NCBI GenBank assembly: GCA_963790305.1 | Contig: CAWBOC010000008.1 | Coordinates: 86,149 to 150,148, forward strand | Source: an uncultured Gemmatimonadaceae bacterium | Lineage (GTDB): Bacteria > Gemmatimonadota > Gemmatimonadetes > Gemmatimonadales > Gemmatimonadaceae | Length of the DNA: 64,000 nt | Direction: 5' to 3' | Shown here: piece after piece, positions 53,394 through 64,000 of the stretch | How the letters are laid out: every line of letters begins with the position of its first letter | Position numbering within the stretch: the stretch's first letter is position 1 | Program-made: the position numbers and the translations under genes | The notes under the pieces: generated by a model | The model's database searches: none | Told to the model about the DNA's origin: nothing | What the model saw: only the letters and a program-made list of their open reading frames with translations

Positions 53394-54065
53394 ATGGAAA
53401 TGCGCACAGCAAGGTCACGCCGCGATCGCTTCGTGCCGCGGCACAAGCCCATCATCTACAAGGCGCCGCGGGTGGGCGGAGCGCTCATCAACGAGCAGCT
53501 CCCGCGCTACGACTTTCGCGATGCCTACCAGGTGGTCGTCCTCGCGCCGCCGGACGTCGTCTACCAGGCGGTCATGGACCGCGACTTCCTGCGCGTGCCG
53601 CTGGTCCGCGCGTTCTTCGCCATTCGCGAGCTGCCAGCGCGCGCATGGCATCGCCTTACCGGCGCGCCGCCACTGGCCGCGACGCCACGCGCGACGCTCG
53701 CGGACCTGACGCGCATCGGCGCCTTCACGCTGCTCGCCGAGCGTCCTGGTCGGGAGCTGGTGCTCGGCGCAGTCGGGCGCCCGTGGCGGCCGGACTACGC
53801 GTCCACCCGAATCTCCGCGACTGCCTTCGCCGAGTTCGAGGAGCCCGGCTACGCCAAGATCGCGTGGAGCTGGATCGTCAAACCGCTTGGCGCGGGCCAG
53901 ACGCTGCTCGTCTGCGAATGGCGCACGCAGCTGACGGACGATGATGCGCGCGCCCACTTCGCGCGCTATTGGACCGTGGTCTCGAGAGGTGTGCGACTGC
54001 TGGCGCGGATCGGGCTGTCGCGGATCAAGGTCGACTGCGAGCTCGATGCGATGCGTCTCGAATAG
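53394..54065 (+). CDS. DUF2867-like protein
   Basis: LPRYDFRD, LLAERPGRELVLG...PW, PGYAKI, TDDDARAHFARYW. Confidence 0.8.
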   Translation: MEMRTARSRRDRFVPRHKPIIYKAPRVGGALINEQLPRYDFRDAYQVVVLAPPDVVYQAVMDRDFLRVPLVRAFFAIRELPARAWHRLTGAPPLAATPRATLADLTRIGAFTLLAERPGRELVLGAVGRPWRPDYASTRISATAFAEFEEPGYAKIAWSWIVKPLGAGQTLLVCEWRTQLTDDDARAHFARYWTVVSRGVRLLARIGLSRIKVDCELDAMRLE

Positions 54066-54193
54066 GGGTCAGGAGTCAGGGGTCAGGGATCAGGGGGTGT
54101 CGGGGAATGGGTTTCAGGAGAGAACGGCAATGGCGCTCTCCTACAACCCAACCCCTGACACCCCCTGACCCCTGACTCCTGACTCCTGACCCC
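54065..54193. repeat. Heptamer-armed MITE/REP-like element, copy 4, flanked by TA on both sides
   Basis: TA|GGGGTCAGG...CAGGAGAGAACGGC...CCTGACCCC|TA. Confidence 0.92.
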
Positions 54194-54218
54194 TATTTGT
54201 CCCACCACCGTCCCGGCT

Positions 54219-54674
54219 CTACAACCGGTGCAGCGACTCGATGACCGGCCCCCAGGCCGCGGCTTGCTTCTTCGCGGTCACGTCGACGAAGGTGACGACG
54301 GCGCCGTCCGGACCGTTCGCATCGCCCCGGATCGGCGTGGCGCTGACACTCAGCCAGCGACGTGTCCCATCCGACATGACGACGTCGATCTCCTCGTCCC
54401 GCACGACCTCCCCGAGCAGAAGCGCGCGCGCCATCGGCCACTCCGCCTTCGCCGGATCGCTCACCCGGATCCGCTGAGCGAGCTCGTTCTCGTAGAGGAT
54501 CACGATGCGCCCCTTCCCATTCGCCACGACGACGCCGACCGGGAGCTGCTCCAGCAGTGCGTGGAGAACGGCCAATCCCAGGCGCGAGTCTTTCACCGGA
54601 GCCGACTTCACCGGGGCGGCCGAATAGGCCAGAGGGGACTTCGCCTTCCCGGAGTCGTTGACCGTGGCTTCCAT
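54219..54674 (-). CDS. Small stand-alone PAS-domain protein
   Basis: GGAGG RBS; LLEQLPVGVVVA, WPMARAL.GEVV, DGTRRWLSVSATPI, FVDVT. Confidence 0.82.
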   Translation of the reverse strand: MEATVNDSGKAKSPLAYSAAPVKSAPVKDSRLGLAVLHALLEQLPVGVVVANGKGRIVILYENELAQRIRVSDPAKAEWPMARALLLGEVVRDEEIDVVMSDGTRRWLSVSATPIRGDANGPDGAVVTFVDVTAKKQAAAWGPVIESLHRL

Positions 54675-54744
54675 GGATCCTCCCGCGGCGATGGAACGCG
54701 TTGAGTGACGCATCCAGGATGGAGACCGACAGTCTGCGCCGCGA

Positions 54745-54781
54745 TCGGGGAATGCAGTGGACTGTGTCAGCACTTACCTGA
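54745..54781. promoter_or_regulatory. Palindromic box plus half-site 22 bp away, upstream of the PAS gene
   Basis: TCGGGGAATGCAGTG (54745) and TG-TCAGCACTTACCTGA-CA (54767). Confidence 0.55.
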
Positions 54782-54828
54782 CATGGGGGCGAGACGCTTA
54801 CGTCGCACGAGCCAGCGGCCGGTGGGCC

Positions 54829-55034
54829 GGCATCCAGGTTCAAAGTTGGGACGCGGATTACGCGGATGCAGCGGATCAGGCGGATCGCTCCCTGGCGCCA
54901 AAAACTCTCCACGCGAAACAACAAAAAAAAGTTGTTTAGTGAGGTGTAGAGGAGGGATCAATGCGCCCAGAAGCGATCCGGCCTGTTTCCGCTAAATCCG
55001 CGAAATCCGCGTCCCAACTTTGAACCTGGATGCC
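54829..55034. repeat. 206-bp element with 31-bp perfect terminal inverted repeats and internal 9-bp (CGCGGAT) units
   Basis: GGCATCCAGGTTCAAAGTTGGGACGCGGATT and its exact reverse complement; AT-rich centre. Confidence 0.9.
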
Positions 55035-55058
55035 CGAATGCCGGGCTCGTTCGCAGTA

Positions 55059-55156
55059 GGGGGTGTCAGGGAGAAGGTGCCAGGAGAGCGCAGCCGTTCT
55101 CTCCTGAAACCCATTCCCCGACACCCCCTGACCCCTGACTCCTGACTCCTGACCCC
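55059..55156. repeat. Heptamer-armed MITE/REP-like element, copy 5 (left arm short; inverted relative to copy 4)
   Basis: Core GCCGTTCTCTCCTGAAACCCATTCCCCGACA is the reverse complement of copy 4's core. Confidence 0.88.
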
Positions 55157-55160
55157 TCTG

Positions 55161-56915
<1,755 letters not shown>

Positions 56916-56921
56916 CGACCA

Positions 56922-58885
<1,964 letters not shown>

Positions 58886-59188
58886 AGAAAGGTTCCAACG
58901 GCAGAGAGGAGAGAGAGTTAGAGTGTAGCACCTTAGACGGTTTAAGAAAAGCCGATGAGGGGCTGAACGGCGCGCCCGCGTGGCAGGATGACTACGCCGA
59001 TTCGGCCCGGAAAAGTTGCGAGTCCTGCCCGCATGGCGTAACTCATGGGCGTTGCGCGCGCCAAGGGAACCGCGGTACGCGTCGTAAGAGCTTGAGAGAC
59101 GCATGGTGGGCGTGTGCCCACTCGGAACGAACCGTGCGGAATCCCGAGGAATCGCGATCCGCAGGGCAGCCCTCTCGCAGGATGGACA

Positions 59189-59565
59189 ATGGCACAGCGT
59201 CAGACACTTCCGGTTCTCCCGCTTCGCGGAACGGTCATCTTTCCCGGTCTCACCGCGCCGATCGCGGCTGGCCGGCCCGGAACGTTGCGGGCGATCGAGT
59301 CCGCGCTCCGTGGTGATCGGCTTGTGTTCGCCGTCGCCCAGCGCGACAACACCGACGAGCCGTCGCCCGAGATCCTGTACTCGATGGGCGTCATCGCCAA
59401 GATCGGGCAGGTGCAGCGCGGACTCGGCGGCGTGCAGCTCTTGCTTCAGGGCGAGCAGCGCGCGACGGCCCTTCAGTACACGCAGACCGACAACTATTTG
59501 AGCGCGGTCATCATGCCCGTCGAGGAGATGTCGCCGATCGACGAGCACGACGCCGCCTTCGAGGC
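59189..59565 (+). pseudogene. lon: Lon protease, N-terminal fragment only (truncated at a probable assembly junction)
   Basis: MAQRQTLPVLPLRGTVIFPG...AGRPGTLRAIE...VFAVAQR; Lon sequence stops after DAAFEA. Confidence 0.88.
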
Positions 59566-60130
<565 letters not shown>

Positions 60131-60378
60131 TCCTGGAACGTCGATGGCGGGCGCGCGCGCGGTCCGACCCGGACGGCGCCACCTCGACAGCCGCCTACGT
60201 GCGCGAGCTCAACGAGGCGTACAACCACTTCTTCTTTCATTACACCGCCACACCCTTGCTGGTGGTCGAGACGTCGCAGCTCGACCTCGAGTGGGGCGAT
60301 GAAGCGCTCGACGATCTGATCAAACAGCTCGCGGGGATGGGCCGCGGCACCCGCTACTACGTGCCCCGCACGAAATAA
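60131..60378 (+). pseudogene. Deoxynucleoside kinase, C-terminal fragment
   Basis: [30 protein letters not shown]...GTRYYVP. Confidence 0.75.
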
Positions 60379-60416
60379 CGATGCCGGTCTACCGTCGCTG
60401 CTTAGCTCACCTGTAT

Positions 60417-60475
60417 GTAGGGGCACGCCGCCGGCGTGCCCCTACTGCTTTCATCCACGCCGCCGGCGTGCCCCT
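60417..60475. repeat. GTAG-type REP palindrome plus a partial second copy
   Basis: GTAGGGGCACGCCG-C-CGGCGTGCCCCTAC (60417-60445); CACGCCGCCGGCGTGCCCCT repeated at ~60456. Confidence 0.8.
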
Positions 60476-60517
60476 GCCGCTCTGATGCCCCGCGCCTGAT
60501 AGTGCGATAATCACGCG

Positions 60518-61429
60518 ATGAGTTGGTTCAAGAAGGACCGGAAGCCGATCGCTCCCGCAGGCGAGCGGTCCAGCCGCGTCCCTGAAGGTCTCTGGGTCAA
60601 GTGTCCCGGACTGCAGCAAGATCATCTACAACAAGGACCTCGCGGCAAACCTCAACGTCTGCCCGAAGTGCGCGCATCACTTCCGGCTTTCGGCCGCCGA
60701 TCGCCTTCGCGCGCTGTTCGACGACGAGCGGTGGGAGGAGCACGATCGCGAGCTCGCCTCCACCGACCCGCTGAAGTTCACCGACACGCAAGCCGTACGC
60801 GGAGCGGCTCACGCGAGCCAGGCCGCGACCGGCCTCAAGGACGCCATGATCGTCGCCACCGGCCGGATCGAGGGCATCCGCGCCGTCGTGGCGGCGATGG
60901 AATACAGCTTCATCGGCGGCAGCATGGGCGTGGTCGTGGGCGAGAAGATCACGCGCGCCATCGAGCGCGCACTCGACCGAACGCCGGCCGCTGATCGTCG
61001 TGTCCTGCTCGGGCGGCGCGCGAATGATGGAAGGGGCGCTGTCGCTGATGCAGATGGCGAAGATCTGCGCGGCGCTGGCGCGGCTCGATCGGGCGCGGCT
61101 GCCGTACATCTCGGTGCTCACCGATCCGACCACGGGCGGCGTCACGGCGAGCTTTGCCATGCTCGGCGACCTGAACATCGCCGAGCCGAAGGCGCTGATC
61201 GGCTTCGCCGGGCCCGCGCGTCATCGAGCAGACGATCCGCCAGAAGCTCCCCGAAGGCTTCCAGCGCAGCGAGTTCCTGCTCGAGCACGGCATGCTCGAC
61301 GTCGTGGTCGATCGCCGCGAGCTGAAGGCGACCATCGCGCGCGCGCTGCGGTTCATGGGCAGCCGCGTCGCAGGCGTCCGGGACGGCGGCGGAAGTCGTC
61401 GCATCCGGCGTCCGCCGACCGCGGCCTGA
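60518..61429 (+). CDS. accD: Acetyl-CoA carboxylase carboxyltransferase beta (frameshifts; end approximate)
   Basis: [59 protein letters not shown]. Confidence 0.93.
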
Positions 61430-61462
61430 CGGCGTGCGACGGCGAAGACCCCGGCCGCACGA

Positions 61463-62747
61463 ATGCGATGCGCTCGACGGCTGCTCGCCCTCGAGACAGC
61501 TCGGCATCAAGTTCGGTCTCGACAACATCCGGCGCTCTGCGCGGCGCTCGGGCATCCTGAGCGCGCGTACCGCTCCGTCCTCATCGCCGGCACCAACGGC
61601 AAAGGCTCGGTCACGGCGATGGTCGAAGCGGCGCTGCGCGCCGCCGGTCATCGCACCGCCCGCTACACGTCCCCGCATCTGATCGACCTCGACGAGCGCT
61701 TCGCGTCGGCGGACGGCCCGTTGAGCGAGCGCGAGCTCGCGCGGTCGCCGTCCGAAGTGTTGCGACGTCGCGGCGAGCGCTGCACGCAGCAGACCGAGGG
61801 CCGCGTCACCCCGACGTTTTTCGAGGTCACGACGGCGCGTGGCGTTCGAGCTGTTTCGGCGCGCCGCGCGTGGAGGTGGCGGTGCTCGAGGTCGGCCTGG
61901 GCGGCCGCCTCGATGCGACGAACGTGGCGGCGCCGGTGGCGGCGCGATCACGTCGATCGCGCTTCGATCACGAGCAGCTATCTCGGGGACACGCTCGAAG
62001 CGATCGCCTTCGAGAAGGCGGGCATCATCAAGCCGGCATGCCGGTCGTGGTCGGAGACGCTCCCCGGCGACGCGCTGCGCGTGGTCGCGAGCAGGCTGCC
62101 GACCGCGGGCGCGTCGCGTCGTCGGTGGCCGAAGAGCGGCTTCGGCTGACGTCACGGTGGACGACGGCGAGACCATGCTGCGCTGGCGACGCCGCTGCGC
62201 ACGTACGGCGCGTACGCTCGGCGCTGCGCGGACGGCACCAGGTTGGCAACGCGATCGTGGCGGCGCGGCTGCTCGAAACGCTCGATGCGTGCGGCATCGC
62301 GCGTGCCGACCGCGGCGATCGAGTGCGGGCCTGCGCGACGCTGCGTGGCCGCGGCCGGCTGGAGTGGGTCGCCGTCCGGACGGCAGCGGCTGCTGCTCGA
62401 CGCGGCGCACAACCCCGCGGGCGCGCGCGCGCTGGCCGCGTACCTCGGCGAGGCATGCCGGCAGCGAGTGCCGCTCGTGTTCGGCGCCATGCGAGACAAG
62501 GACACGGCGGGCATGCTCGAAGCACTGCTGCCGCATGCCAGCCGGCTCGATCCTGACGCGGGCGGCGAACGCCCCGGGCGGAAGAGCCGGCGGCGCTCGC
62601 CGCGCTCGCCGCGGCGATGGCGCCGGGGCTGCCGCTGGACGTCGACGCCGACGTCGCCGTCGGCGCTCGCCGGCGCAGGCGCGCTCGGCCGACGGATCGT
62701 CGTGGGCCGGCTCGATTTTCCTGCTCGGTGAGGTGATCGCATCGTGA
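61463..62747 (+). CDS. folC: Folylpolyglutamate/dihydrofolate synthase (many frameshifts; start approximate)
   Basis: [58 protein letters not shown]. Confidence 0.9.
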
Positions 62748-62838
62748 GCTCGAGCGGCGTCGCGTTGAAGGGCCTGCAGGCCGCGTGCTATTCTGCGAAC
62801 GTCCTGCACCGATCGGCGTCGCTGTCCGTCCGCTCATC

Positions 62839-64000
62839 ATGCTTCGATTTCCGCAGTCTGATTCTGATCTGCACTCGCGCTGCTGCGCGCGTCACCCGCC
62901 GCCGCGCAGCTCCCGGTCTCGAGCGGCCTCGCCAAGGCGTTCAGGCTGGAGCAGATCGACGACAACCACTACGCAGCTGACGGGGCCACGTCGAGGTCGA
63001 TCTACGACGACCGTCGAGTTCTTCGCCGACCAGATCGAGTTCTTCACGGACAAGCACTGCTGTCGGCGCCGGCAACGTGGTCTTCACGTCCGGGCACGCA
63101 GCCGGATCGCCGCCGATCGCGTCGAGTTCGACACCGAGACGCAGGACCGGCACGTTCCACAACGCGTACGGCATCGCCGTCGCTCGGCGAGCGGGCTCGA
63201 TCCGCAGCATGTTCGGCACCCAGGAGCCCGACGCCTATTTCTACGGCGAGACGATCGAGAAGCTCGGACCGAAGAGTACCGGATCACCCGCGGCGCTTCA
63301 CCACCTGCGTGCAGCCGACGCCGCGCTGGGAGCTGTCGTCCAGCACCGTCACTCAACCTCGACGACTACGCGCTGCTGCGCAACACGGTGCTGCAGCGTC
63401 AAGGGCGTGCCGATCTTCTACCTGCCGATCATGTACTACCCGATCCAGGAGGACGATCGGGCGACCGGGTTCCTGATGCCGACCTACGGCACGTCGACGT
63501 TCGCGGCCAGAGCTTCAGCAACGCGTTCTTCTGGGCGATCAACCGCAGCCAGGACGCGACGCTGCTCCACGACTGGTTCTCGAAGACCGGGCAGGGGGTC
63601 GGCGGCGAGTACCGATACATCGCGGGCCCGGGTTCCGAGGGCAACACCAAGTTCTACTATCTGCGAGAGAACAGGCCCTCTTCAACGTCGGCGACACCTC
63701 CACGACGGCGCCTTCACGGCGCAGCTACCAGATCCAGTCAGGCATTGCGCAGGTGCTGCCGGGCCGGCTGCGCGCCCGCGGACGCATCGATTACTTCTCC
63801 GACGCCACGGTTCAGCAGGTCTACCAGCAGAACATCTACGATCAGTCACAGCGGTCACGTTCGTTCACGGCCAACGTGACCGGCGCCCGGGCGGGTATCA
63901 ATTTCAGCGGCACCTACGATCGCCGGGAGATTTTCTTCGGGCCCAGCTATTACGGCCTGTACGGCGCGGCGCCCCGGGTCACCGTGTCGCGCGGCGCCCG
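62839..64000 (+). CDS. lptD: LPS-assembly protein LptD-like, partial (frameshifts)
   Basis: FFADQIE, FTTCVQPTPRW-like segment, KGVPIFYLP, TGFLMPTYG, NAFFWAINRSQDAT, GGEYRY. Confidence 0.8.

Noticed and set aside
12440..55156. Repeat arrays as CRISPR
   Set aside because: Units are 7-9 bp with no unique spacers, and no cas genes were recognised.
62765..62794. Sigma70-like promoter TTGAAG-N18-TATTCT before lptD
   Set aside because: Plausible, but it is a single unsupported match in an error-rich segment.

Overview
High-GC bacterial DNA. Positions 1 to ~59,565 look like Gemmatimonadota (inferred from protein style) and form a low-oxygen / anaerobic-respiration region. It contains (i) DosR-regulon-like stress genes: two USPs, a CBS protein, a phosphoribosyltransferase, a CtpF-like P2 ATPase, SulP and a PNPOx-like protein, plus a FixL-type PAS kinase, a DosS-type GAF protein and a NarL-family two-component pair; (ii) a clade II nosZ cluster with an apparent NosB-NosD fusion, nosFY and a cupredoxin; (iii) nirK and a two-domain multicopper oxidase; (iv) CXXCH-type nrfAH; (v) a full ccmABCDEFGH operon; and (vi) a four-gene putative porin-cytochrome conduit with ~9-, ~20- and ~16-heme cytochromes plus a beta-barrel. 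A 15-bp palindrome (TCAGGG-N3-CCCTGA), often repeated at 22-bp spacing, sits in many promoter regions. Intergenic spaces carry long hairpins built from 7- or 9-bp tandem units, including a five-copy MITE/REP-like family, and the heptamer CCTAACR recurs in both orientations. Many genes carry single-base indels that look like long-read consensus errors rather than true pseudogenes. At ~59,565 and ~60,130 the sequence jumps lon -> pnp fragment -> deoxynucleoside-kinase fragment, then continues as accD-folC-lptD of Acidobacteria-like style. This right end is probably chimeric. No rRNA, tRNA, CRISPR array or transposase was recognised. All family assignments are by eye; no searches were run.
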